A DNA stretch of 64,000 nucleotides from an uncultured Verrucomicrobiae bacterium (GTDB taxonomy: Bacteria; Verrucomicrobiota; Verrucomicrobiia; Limisphaerales; Palsa-1400): NCBI GenBank assembly GCA_963707025.1, contig CAVPOM010000003.1, positions 224,001 through 288,000 of the forward strand, read 5' to 3'. Position 1 is the stretch's first letter; the number at the start of each line of letters is the position of its first letter. This document shows, piece after piece, positions 25,260-34,739 of the stretch. Under the pieces are notes generated by a model. It searched no databases and had not been told where the DNA came from. It worked only from the letters and a program-made list of their open reading frames with translations. The position numbers and the translations under genes were made by a program.

Positions 25260-26970
25260 TTGCTCGACGAGGCAATGATACGGAACATAGCCATCGCCCG
25301 GCGCTCAAATCGCTGCTGGAAGCGCTTGATCCCCGCGTGGTCGTCCCCAACAAACCCAAACGCATTGAATGCGGCGCGACTGACCTGGTCATTACCCGCA
25401 AAAAAGACGCTCTGTTGCTCGGACACCTTGAGGTGGACCCCATCCTTTAGACCACGGAGCGCATGAAATAAGCGCGACTTTTGCCGATTGCTGTCATTAC
25501 TAATTGTAGTTGACTACTGTTCATTCCGTGTTTCAAAACCCTTTCGAAAAGAGAGAACGAGCGATGCGGAGCACTGCCCGTCCTCCCTCTCCGTTTTCTT
25601 AGGGTTCTCAACTCTACCGCCGCAGGCGGTCTGATTTCAAGCCTTTTCCTGCCGCCTGCCTCTCTGTCAAGTGCTGCGATCGCTCCTGCCTCTGGCAGGT
25701 TGCATCGCTTCCCATTTGGCCGGTTGGGCTCCATGCGTGCCGGGATCAAAATACGCGTCCGCCGGCGTCGCATAGCCCAACGCCTGGTGCGGTCGTTCCC
25801 GGTTGTAGCCGTCAAACCACCGGCCCAGTCCGCGCCCTGCCGCCAACCCGTCGCCATAGTCTTGCAAATAAATGTCCTCATACTTGGCGCTCCGCCACAG
25901 CCGCTCGATAAACCGGTTGTCCATCCAGCGACCCCGTCCGTCCATGCTCACGTCCACCCCCGCCGATTCCACCGCATCGATAAACATCGGGGAGGTGAAC
26001 TGCGATCCCTGGTCGGTATTGGAAATCAACGGCGCCTGACGCCCCGCCCGCAACGCCGCCTCCCAAGCGTCCACACAAAAGTCCGCCTCCAACGTGTTGC
26101 TCAAGCGCCATCCCAGCACGTAACGACTCCACCAATCCATCACCGCCACCAAATACATAAACCCAGTTGCCATAGGCACATACGTAATGTCCGAACACCA
26201 AACCTGATCCGGTCCCGTCACTGCCAAATTGCGTAACAGATACGGATAAATCTGGTGCCCCATCTCCCGCAGACTCGTCTTGGGCTTGGCGTAAATCGCC
26301 TCGATCCCCATCAACCGCAGCAGCCGCACCACCCGTTTGCGATTGATGGTCAAACCCTCCCGGCGCAACAGCACGGTCAGTTTGCGGCTGCCATAAACCG
26401 GGTGGTCCAAATGCATCTGGTCCAACCGCCGCATCAGCGCCAGGTTCTCCTCTGTCTCCGGACAGCACTGGTAATAATAACTGCCACGGCACACCGCCAG
26501 CAGCTCGCACTGGCGCCGCACGCTGAGCTGCGGATCGGGAGCGATTAAACATGTTAAAGCCCCAGTTGCCTGGACTTTTTTTTAAGCCAGTCCAAGTCCA
26601 CCGTCAGTTGGCCAATCTTCTCATGCAGTTGGGCAATCAACTGTTCCTGATCCTCCGTGCGGGGTTGCCCGGGCTCAAACAATTCGGGCATGTGATCCCG
26701 AATCGTCGCCCGCCACTGCGTGACCTGCGCCGGATGCACCGCATACTCTCGCGCCAATTGCGCGACCGTCTTCAGCCCCACCAGGGCTTCGAATCCCACT
26801 TTGGCCTTGAAGGCCGCACTGTGTCTTTTCCGTTTTGCTTTCATAAGTCTGCTCTTTCTTATCTACAGCAAACCGGCAAAAATCGAAACTTACCTGTGGT
26901 CTAAAAATAGGGGTCCAGCTCACCTTGAAGCCAAGGACATCGGCGTTTCGCTCAACCAAGCCAAAGGATC
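25260..26970 (+). pseudogene. N-terminal remnant of a type ISP/IIG-like RM gene, split by IS3 copy 3 and truncated
   Basis: TEHSHRPALKSLLE..KPKRIECGATDLVIT..GHL / EAKDIGVSLNQAK reads through once the IS and one CCT are removed (PD-ExK nuclease N-terminus). Confidence 0.7.
25429..26922 (-). mobile_element. IS3-family insertion sequence, copy 3 (1494 bp; orfA 26554-26844, orfB 25667-26521)
   Basis: Same IRs. 3-bp TSD CCT (25426-25428, 26923-26925). Near-identical to copy 2. Confidence 0.97.
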
Positions 26971-27263
26971 GGGATATAAAATATGGAATTGAACTGGAAT
27001 ACACTCCATATTTTATCCCGGGAGGAAATTTGCTGGGGTGCATGTGTGTCCGTGAAATTCGCCGGCAAATCGTGGGAAGAATTGGAATTGTGGCTTCAAG
27101 TGTTGCTGGCTTATTCCGTTGATTTACGGTCAAAGGGGAAGTTTATGCTCAACGGTGGATCATGCATACCTTCGGATGTGGGCCTTGCAAGGCGTAGAGT
27201 CAATAAGTAGAATGGAATCGAAATTATGATGGCCGCTGTTCGAGAGTCAGGAATTGTAAAGGG

Positions 27264-28504
27264 GTTAACGGTATTGTAATATACCTCCAAGAGACCATCA
27301 TCCCCTTCGCCGAGACTGAGCGTGTGATTCCCCTTGTCAGAGCTACGCCTCAAACGCCAGACTCGCCGAAGCCCCTGGTATCGGCCTGGTCGGGAAGTCG
27401 CTGAAGATCCCTTTACGACGGAGTCTCGGCCTTCCGCGAAGCCCTCGGCCACTACGTGCCCAAGCAAGAAGTGCAAAGGAAGCTCCCGGAACTCCACGCC
27501 ATGAACGACCTCGTCCTCGAAGCGCAAAAGGAAGAAGAGGCGCTGGAAGCCGCCGAGGCCGCTCAGGAGGCGGTTGATGGGCAAAAGGAGGGAGAGGCCG
27601 TCCAGCAGATCATGGCCAGCATCGAAGGGGCCAATGACACGGAGCAACTCATCGAAGACCTGACCGATCTGATGAAGGGCCGTAAGTTGGATGTAACAAA
27701 ATGTAACGGGGTGTAACGGGGGCAGATTTTGTAAACCGTTGATAATCAACAACTGTAACGGTGTAACGCGTGTAGCGCACCTCACCCTGCCTGCAAGTCA
27801 AAGCGGTCAAACAATAGCTTTGTCCCATAGAAGGTCGAACATCCTCGAAATCAATGCCGGTGTCAATGCCGGTGTCAGTCCTAACTATTGACACTTTTTG
27901 CACAAAGGGTTCAGTTAACGGTATTGTAATATACCTCCAAGAGACCATCATCCCCTTCGCCGAGACTGAGCGTTTGATTCCCCTTGTCAGAGCTACGCCT
28001 CAAACGCCAGACTCGCCGAAGCCCCTGGTATCGGCCTGGTCGGGAAGTCGCTGAAGATCCCTTTACGAAGGAGTCTCGGCCTTCCGCGAAGCCCTCCGCC
28101 ACTACGTGCCCAAGCAAGAAGTGCAAAGGAAGCTCCCAGAACTCCACGGCATGAACGACCGCGCCCTCGATGCGCAAAAGGAAAAAGAGGCGCTGGCAGC
28201 CGCCAAGGCCGCTCAGGAGGTGGTTGATGGGCAAAACGAGGCACAAGCCGTAGAAAAGATCATGGACAGCATCGAAGGGGCCAATGACAGGGAGCAACTC
28301 ATCGAAGACCTGACCGATCTGATGAAGGGCCGTAAGTTGGATGTAACAAAATGTAACGGGGTGTAACGGGGGCAGATTTTGTAAACCGTTGATAATCAAC
28401 AACTGTAACGGTGTAACGCGTGTAGCGCACCTCACCCTGCCTGCAAGTCAAAGCGGTCAAACAATAGCTTTGTCCCATAGAAGGTCGAACATCCTCGAAA
28501 TCAA
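27264..28504. repeat. Direct repeat of two ~591-bp units (27264-27854, 27914-28504) with a 59-bp spacer; each unit has an 86-aa helical ORF
   Basis: Aligned by eye: period 650 bp, about 22 substitutions, no indels. ORFs 27456-27716 and 28106-28366. Confidence 0.95.
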
Positions 28505-28578
28505 GGACTTATAAACGGCTCGAAACGGGTCCGCCATCATCGCCACCACTCCATCACTCCACCACCCCATCACTCCCT

Positions 28579-29196
28579 TTACCGGTAAATGTCCACCAGG
28601 AACACCACGGCGTCGCCCTTGCCGATGTTGATGATGGCGTGCTGCACGTCGGCGCGATAATTGACAGAATCCCCGCGATCCAACTCTTCGCTGTCCCCGC
28701 CGGATTCCACCCGGACCCGGCCTTTCTGCACGGCCAAAAACTCGCGGGTGCCTTCAAAATGGGCCGCGCTGCGCAAAGCCCCTCCTTCCCGCAGTTGCAC
28801 TTCATAGAATTCGACATCCTTTTCCAGATGGAGAGGGGACAGGGTGCGAATGCGGCAATCCTGGTCGGACCGATAGTCGTAGGCATGGTCGCTGGCGCGG
28901 ATGACGATCAAGGACGACATGGCGCCGGGAGATTGGACCAATTCGGCCAGGCTCATGCCAAACGCGCTGGCTATGCGCGAGGCGACCGCCAGGGTGGGGT
29001 TGGCCCGGTTGCGCTCCACCTGGCTCAACATGGAGCGGCTGACTCCCGAGGCGCTGGCCAGCACGTCCAGCGACCAGCCGCGCTCGTCGCGCAATTCTTT
29101 CACGTGGCAGCCCAGCAGGTTGGCCGCCGCCTCGGCGCTACTGGCGGTGGGGGAGGGTTTGGGCTTGCTTTTTGCAGAGGGAGGGATGGGGGCCAT
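28579..29196 (-). CDS. XRE-family HTH regulator with a C-terminal cupin domain
   Basis: LRDERGWSLDVLASASGVSRSMLSQVERNRANPT HTH. HFEGTREFLAVQKG cupin segment. Confidence 0.9.
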   Translation of the reverse strand: MAPIPPSAKSKPKPSPTASSAEAAANLLGCHVKELRDERGWSLDVLASASGVSRSMLSQVERNRANPTLAVASRIASAFGMSLAELVQSPGAMSSLIVIRASDHAYDYRSDQDCRIRTLSPLHLEKDVEFYEVQLREGGALRSAAHFEGTREFLAVQKGRVRVESGGDSEELDRGDSVNYRADVQHAIINIGKGDAVVFLVDIYR

Positions 29197-29373
29197 ATTG
29201 AAAATATTGCCATGACGGCTTTTCTCCGGAGCTTATGCTGGCATGATCTTTTGGTACTACAGTTTATTGCCCGCGAAGTCAAACCTATTGCGAACCGTGG
29301 CGCGGCCCTGGGCGCATTTCCTTCTTTCCCTGTCTGCCCCTAATCCCAATCTTAATCCTAATCTTAATCTTAA

Positions 29374-30681
29374 TCAGAACACGCCCGCGCCGGTTTGCAA
29401 AATCATTTCCACGGTGCGGCTCGTGGCGCCCAGGTTGTTCTGAAAAACTTGCCGGGCGCACTCGCCCAGGCGGGCGCGCCGGGTGTCGTCGGCCAGCAAT
29501 TGGGCCAAGGTCTGCTCCAGTTCCGCCGCCGTCTGCACCTGGATCGCCCCCTGCGCGGCCAGGAAGGACTGGGCGACGGCGGTGAAATTCTGCATGTTCG
29601 GCCCGAAGACCATTGCTTTGGCCAGCGCCGCCGGTTCGATGGGATTTTGTCCGCCGCGCGCCGTCAGGCTTTTGCCCACAAAGACCAGGGAAGCCTGTTC
29701 ATAGAAGGACTTGAGTTCCCCGGTGCTGTTGACCAGGAGGCATTGCACCTGGCCGGGCGGCAGGGCCGTCTGCGGCGTGATGTCGGAGCGGCGGACGAAT
29801 TTGACGCCGCGCGCCTCCAGTTCCTGGCCCACCGCCCCGGCGCGCTCAAAATGGCGCGGCACCAGGATGAGAAACAAATCGGGGAACCGCAGGCGCAGGC
29901 GCGGCAGCATTTCCGCCAGGACGGCCTCCTCCCCGGCGTGGGTGCTGCCGGCCACCAGCAGGCGTGCCTTATTATTGACACCAATTTGGCGCAGCAATCC
30001 GGGCACGTCCGGCCCGGAATGCTCGTCCGGTTTGGCGGCGTCGAACTTCAAATTTCCCGTCACCCGCATGGCGGCGGCCGGGAAACCCAGTTGCGCCAGG
30101 CGGCCGGCCTCGCCGGCGGACTGGCAGCCCACGCCGCGGAATTGGGCGAAAATGGGCCGGAACAAAAAGCCGAAGCGGCGGTAGCCGCGCAGGGAGCGGT
30201 CGGAGACGCGGGCGTTGACCAGGAAGACCGGCGTCCCCCGGTCCTGCGCCTGCCAGAGCAAATTGGGCCACAGTTCCGATTCCACCAGGATGAGGGCGCG
30301 CGGCCGGATGGCGTCCAGGGCGCGCCGGACGACGCCGGCCAAATTGGCCGGATAATAGAATCGGGCCACATGGGCGGGCAGGCGCCGTTGCAGCTCGCCC
30401 ATCCCGGTGGAAGTGGTGGTGGAAACGGCGAAGCGCCAACCCGGCAGCCGCGGTTCCAGTTGGCCGAGCAATTGCAAACAAACGCCCGCCTCGCCCACGC
30501 TGACCGCGTGCAGCCAGAGGACCGGGCCTCCCGCCAGGGCGGCTTTGAATTCCGGGGTGTAGCGGCCAAAGCGCTCCCCCAATCCGGCCCGCCAATTGCC
30601 GCGCCGCCACATCTTGCCAAAATAGTAAGGCGCGCTCAGCCAGAAAAAAATCACGAACAGAATGTTGTAGGCAGTTCGCAT
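29374..30681 (-). CDS. waaA: 3-deoxy-D-manno-octulosonic acid (Kdo) transferase
   Basis: WLHAVSVGE, ESELWPNL, TGNLKFD, AGSTHAGEE, LVPRHFER, GGQNPIEPA. Confidence 0.95.
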   Translation of the reverse strand: MRTAYNILFVIFFWLSAPYYFGKMWRRGNWRAGLGERFGRYTPEFKAALAGGPVLWLHAVSVGEAGVCLQLLGQLEPRLPGWRFAVSTTTSTGMGELQRRLPAHVARFYYPANLAGVVRRALDAIRPRALILVESELWPNLLWQAQDRGTPVFLVNARVSDRSLRGYRRFGFLFRPIFAQFRGVGCQSAGEAGRLAQLGFPAAAMRVTGNLKFDAAKPDEHSGPDVPGLLRQIGVNNKARLLVAGSTHAGEEAVLAEMLPRLRLRFPDLFLILVPRHFERAGAVGQELEARGVKFVRRSDITPQTALPPGQVQCLLVNSTGELKSFYEQASLVFVGKSLTARGGQNPIEPAALAKAMVFGPNMQNFTAVAQSFLAAQGAIQVQTAAELEQTLAQLLADDTRRARLGECARQVFQNNLGATSRTVEMILQTGAGVF

Positions 30682-30684
30682 GTC

Positions 30685-31961
30685 TTACCGGAAAAAGACC
30701 AGCCACATCATTATTAGCAAAGGCAGCAGGATGGGCACAGTCCATTTTATCACGTAACCCAGGAATCCCGGCAGAGCCACTCCCTGCCGCTCGGCGATGG
30801 CTTTGACCATGAAATTCGGCCCGTTGCCGATGTAAGTGCAGCCGCCAAAAAAAACCGACGCCACGCTCAAGGCCGTCAAGGCAAGCTGCCCATGCCCGTG
30901 GGCGAGAATCTGCGCCAGATTGTCCGGCTCGCCCAGGGCCAGTCCCTGGACGCCCAGCCAGGCGCTGAGAAAGCTCAGATAGGCCGGCGCATTGTCCAGC
31001 AGGCTGGAGGAAATGCCGGAGCCCCAATAGAAAAGGGCGGGAGAAGGGCTGGCGCCCAGGCACGCGCGGGCGTTGCTTTGCAGCCAGTCCAGCGCGGGCA
31101 TCATGGTGGCGAAAATTCCCAGGAACAAAACCGCCACTTCCAGGATGGGATGGAAATCAAATTGATTGGCCTCATGCACCGCTTTGCGGGTGGTGAACCA
31201 GGAGGCGGCGGCGGCGGCCAGCATCACCCCTTCCCGCAGAAAAGGCGGTTGCGAAATAAAAACAGCCCCGAGAATCACCGCCAAAAAAACCAGGTTGCAA
31301 AGCCCTTGCACGCGCCAGGATTCGGGCGGCCGGGACGGCGGCGGGGGGGGGCGCGCCGGTCATGACGGCGATCCACAAAATAAAAAGCCGCCAGCAAGAA
31401 TCCCAGCCCGCAACTCCACATCGGCCAGCAGTGCTCCGCCACCCACCAAAATGGCACGCCCTTCAAGTAGCCCAGAAAAAGCGGGGGATTGCCGAAGGGG
31501 GCCAGGCAACCGCCGGCGTTGGAAACGATGAAAATGAAAAAAATCACATGGTGGCTGCCGGCACGCCGGCCATTGAGGCGCAGCCACGGCCGGATCAGCA
31601 GCAGGGACGCCCCCACCGTTCCTAAAACATTGGCCAGCAGCGCGCCCGCCAGCAGGAACACGACATTGGCCGGCGGCGTCGCTTCGCCTTGCACCGCAAG
31701 GTGGATGCCGCCGGAGACGACAAAGAGCGAACCGATCAGGGCGATGAATCCCAGGTAGTCCTGGCCCGCCCGGACGACGGTGGGCGCGGCGGCGGCCGGT
31801 AGAATCAGAAGATAATAGCCCACCGTAATCGCGCCCAGCGCCAGGACCGTTTTGCCATAATGATTCTCCCACCAGGGACGAAAGAGCAGCGGACCCAGGG
31901 CCATGGCGGCCAGCAGCAGCCCGAAGGGCAGAATCATCCATGGATTGGCTTGGTATCCCAC
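30685..31961 (-). CDS. Putative sodium:proton antiporter (ion-transporter superfamily); frameshift at a 9-nt G/C run (31343-31351)
   Basis: Multiple TM helices. SNAGGCLAPFGNPPLFLGYLKG, LDNAPAY and YIGNGPNFMVKAIA. Two ORFs overlap around the homopolymer. Confidence 0.8.
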
Positions 31962-32029
31962 GCGTCAAGACTAGGCATGGCGTTGCATCGGTCAAACACA
32001 TTCGCCGGGTAATGCCCCGGTCCTGCATG

Positions 32030-32134
32030 GCAGGGCGGGTCCCGAATTATCGGGACCCGCCGCGGACGACGGCAGTGCGACGTTGCTCCCTCGGCCAATG
32101 CCCGCCGCGGCGCGCACAGAGCGCGCGCTCCACC
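32030..32134. repeat. REP doublet related to 40036-40138
   Basis: GGGCGGGTCCCGAAwTATCGGGACCCGCCGC..GCAGTGCGACGTTG is shared with 40039-40090. Confidence 0.7.
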
Positions 32135-32210
32135 ACCCAAGAATGACGCACCATGGGCGTTCGGCTTCAAACCACCCAATGCGCAATCCGCAATGAAACG
32201 CGTTTTGCCT

Positions 32211-32552
32211 TCACGCCACGGCCTCTTCCAGCAGGCTCTGGCTGCGATCCCGGATGCATCGTTGTCTGGCCCCCTGGCGCAGGGCCGCGCGCGCCTTTTC
32301 CTCGAGCAAGCCCGGGAAAAACAGGAGCGGGAACGGCGTGAACCAAGCCAGCCCGGCCGCTTCATTGGCGGCGCGGCGCAAAGGGGCGTAGAGTCGCTCG
32401 TCCGGCGATTGCTGGAGCCACTGCTGCAAAAGCCGGGCCTTGAGACGGTCCAGTTCCGTTTCCTGCGAGCCGCGAAACGGCACGGCGGGCACGGGCACCA
32501 CCTCGAAATGGGTCTCCGGTTGGAACCGGGTCAGCACTTTATTTCTCTTCAT
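32211..32552 (-). CDS. Hypothetical protein downstream of a putative attenuator
   Basis: 113-aa ORF with AAGGA upstream of ATG. LRRAANEAAGLAWFTPFPLLFFPGLLEEK core. Confidence 0.75.
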   Translation of the reverse strand: MKRNKVLTRFQPETHFEVVPVPAVPFRGSQETELDRLKARLLQQWLQQSPDERLYAPLRRAANEAAGLAWFTPFPLLFFPGLLEEKARAALRQGARQRCIRDRSQSLLEEAVA

Positions 32553-32598
32553 AAATTAATTTCCTTCAAAAAATTCTCGGTTTGCTTTCTGGGAAAAC

Positions 32599-32634
32599 AA
32601 AAAACCCACGATTGACTGGCAATCGTGGGTTTTT
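32599..32634 (-). terminator. Intrinsic terminator in the 5' leader (attenuator)
   Basis: AAAAAA-CCCACGATTG-actgg-CAATCGTGGG-TTTTT: 10-bp stem with a U-tract on either strand, ~50 nt upstream of the 32552 start. Confidence 0.85.
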
Positions 32635-32653
32635 GAAATTGTTTTCGTCTTTT

Positions 32654-32764
32654 TTAAACAACAGCTTCCACGATGCCAACATCCCGGCGGCCGCGCCACA
32701 TGGTGATGGCTGCTCCGGCGCGATGCGCACACAGATTAGATTGAACTGTGAACGATTTATTCAT
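32654..32764 (-). CDS. Putative 36-aa leader peptide MNKSFTVQSNLCAHRAGAAITMWRGRRDVGIVEAVV
   Basis: Translated by hand. Lies between the promoter and the terminator and overlaps an anti-terminator segment (32668-32678). Confidence 0.6.
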   Translation of the reverse strand: MNKSFTVQSNLCAHRAGAAITMWRGRRDVGIVEAVV

Positions 32765-32775
32765 TTACTGCGCAC

Positions 32776-32803
32776 ATTATGCCCCATCTCCATCAATTGT
32801 CAA
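32776..32803 (-). promoter_or_regulatory. Sigma70-type promoter
   Basis: Minus strand TTGACA-16 nt-CATAAT, 11 nt upstream of the leader ATG. Confidence 0.7.
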
Positions 32804-33008
32804 GCGCCCTCCCGCAACAATCTGGTGACGAGCCGGCGTCACCTTGCCCGCGCCCATCCTTGCCCAAGCCGGACATTCCACACCCGCCTTCGAATAGGGC
32901 CGGCGCTGGGCGCCGGTTTTGACCCTGCCGGCCGCTCATGGCCGCCCGGGTCAAAAAAAATTGCCTCCGGCGGTTGCAAAATCGGCGGGGCGGATTACGG
33001 TAAGGCAA

Positions 33009-34739
33009 ATGGCTGAACCCAAGAAAAAGCCCGTCGCCAGCGGTGCGGCGCTAAAATCGTCTCCGCCCGGCAGTCAACCGACGCCGGGGCCGAAGCCCGT
33101 TGCGCCGCCGCCGGAATTGTTTTTGTCGCGCGAACAGTTGGACGCCCTTTCGCCGCTGCAATTGGTGGACATGATCACAGGCAAACTGCCGCCGCGGCAT
33201 GCGGCCATCATGGACATGGTGTATCTGCGGGACCGGGTGGCGGAGATGGAGGAAATCAACGACGAGGCGCGGCAGGCCATCGAAAAATTGGACGCGGTGG
33301 TGGAAAAGCTGCGCGCGCCCGCTTACCGGGTGGGCACCTTTTTGATGGCGGTGGAACCGGACAAGGCGCACGTCTGCGCCGGGGGAGCGGATTATGTCTG
33401 CCGGCTGGATCCGCAGATTCCACTGGCCAGCATGCAGGTGGGGCAGCGGGTATTGCTCAACGAGGCGTTTGCCGTCGTGCAAGGTCTGGGCTTTGACCGA
33501 CACGGGCCGATTGTGCGGATTGACGAATTGCTTTCCGGGGGGCGGCTGCGCATTGGGCAGGAGGCGGGACTGACCTGCTCGGTCCTGCTGCGCTCCGCGC
33601 TGCTGGCCAAGGAGAAGCTCAAGCCGGGGATGGAAGTGCGGCTGGACGCCAACCAGCGCGTCGCCCTGGAAGTCATCGGCGCGGGCAAACGGATCGAGCG
33701 CGCCCTGGAAACAGTGAGCGAACTGCCTTGGGCGGCGGTGGGGGGCCAGGAGGAGGCGGTGCAGGCGATCCGGGATACGATCGAGCTGCCCTTCTTGCAC
33801 CGGGCCTTGTTCAAGCGCTTTGAGCACAATGTGCCGAAAGGTTTTCTTCTTTACGGTCCGCCCGGTTGCGGCAAGACGCTGCTGGGCAAGGCGACGGCCT
33901 TCAATTTGCGGCGGCAGATCCGGGCGGAGACCGGGGTGGACCATCCGGAGTTCTTCCTGCATGTCAAGGGGCCGGAGATCTTGAACATGTGGGTGGGGGA
34001 ATCGGAGCGGCAGGTGCGCGATCTTTTTGTGCAATGCCGGGAACGGGCGGCGGAAGGCTCGCTGGCCTTTTTGTTTATTGACGAGGCGGAATCCATTTTG
34101 GGGACGCGGCGGGCGGGGCGTTATCACAGCATGTTGAGCACGGTGGTGCCGATGTTTTGCGCGGAAATGGACGGCCTGGAGCCGCTGCAAAATGTGGTGG
34201 TGATCCTGGCCTCCAACCGGGCCGACTTGATTGATCCGGCGATATTGCGGCCGGGCCGGATTGACCGGAAGATCAAGGTCAATCGCCCCGACCAGGCCGG
34301 AGCGCAACGGATTTACGAGATTTACCTCAAGGAAACCCTGCCGCTGGCCGAGCCCAAGGAAGCCCTGGCCCGCGCCCTGGCCGAAGCCCATTACGCGCGC
34401 ACGCGGGAGAACCAATTTTTGGAAATCGTCTATCGCAGCGGCAAGCGGGACCATCTTTACCGGGGCGACCTGGCCAGCGGGGCGGTCATCGCCGCCATTG
34501 TGGAGCGGGCCAAGAGCCTGGCCATCAAGCGCGCCATCGAGACGAAAATGGACACGGCGCTGGGGCGGGACGATCTGTTGCTGGCGCTGCAAAAAGAATA
34601 CGCCGAGAACGACCTGTTTCCGCCCACCGATGTGACCGAAGACTGGCTCAAGCTGACGGACTTCGATCCGGACAACGTGATCAAGCTCGGCCCCATCCGC
34701 CCGCGGCCGGACGCGGCCAAGGCCAGCGGCATCATTTGA
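33009..34739 (+). CDS. arc: Proteasome-associated AAA+ ATPase (ARC/Mpa family)
   Basis: N-terminal coiled coil plus two OB-like segments (GQRVLLNEA). GPPGCGKT Walker A, VKGPEILNMWVGESER pore loop, FIDEAE Walker B, SNRADLIDPAILRPGRIDRKI, ENDLFP. Confidence 0.9.
   Translation: MAEPKKKPVASGAALKSSPPGSQPTPGPKPVAPPPELFLSREQLDALSPLQLVDMITGKLPPRHAAIMDMVYLRDRVAEMEEINDEARQAIEKLDAVVEKLRAPAYRVGTFLMAVEPDKAHVCAGGADYVCRLDPQIPLASMQVGQRVLLNEAFAVVQGLGFDRHGPIVRIDELLSGGRLRIGQEAGLTCSVLLRSALLAKEKLKPGMEVRLDANQRVALEVIGAGKRIERALETVSELPWAAVGGQEEAVQAIRDTIELPFLHRALFKRFEHNVPKGFLLYGPPGCGKTLLGKATAFNLRRQIRAETGVDHPEFFLHVKGPEILNMWVGESERQVRDLFVQCRERAAEGSLAFLFIDEAESILGTRRAGRYHSMLSTVVPMFCAEMDGLEPLQNVVVILASNRADLIDPAILRPGRIDRKIKVNRPDQAGAQRIYEIYLKETLPLAEPKEALARALAEAHYARTRENQFLEIVYRSGKRDHLYRGDLASGAVIAAIVERAKSLAIKRAIETKMDTALGRDDLLLALQKEYAENDLFPPTDVTEDWLKLTDFDPDNVIKLGPIRPRPDAAKASGII

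Noticed and set aside
27264..28504. Diversity-generating retroelement TR/VR pair
   Set aside because: Mismatches are not restricted to adenines of one copy (many G/C and T/C changes), and there is no reverse transcriptase in the window.
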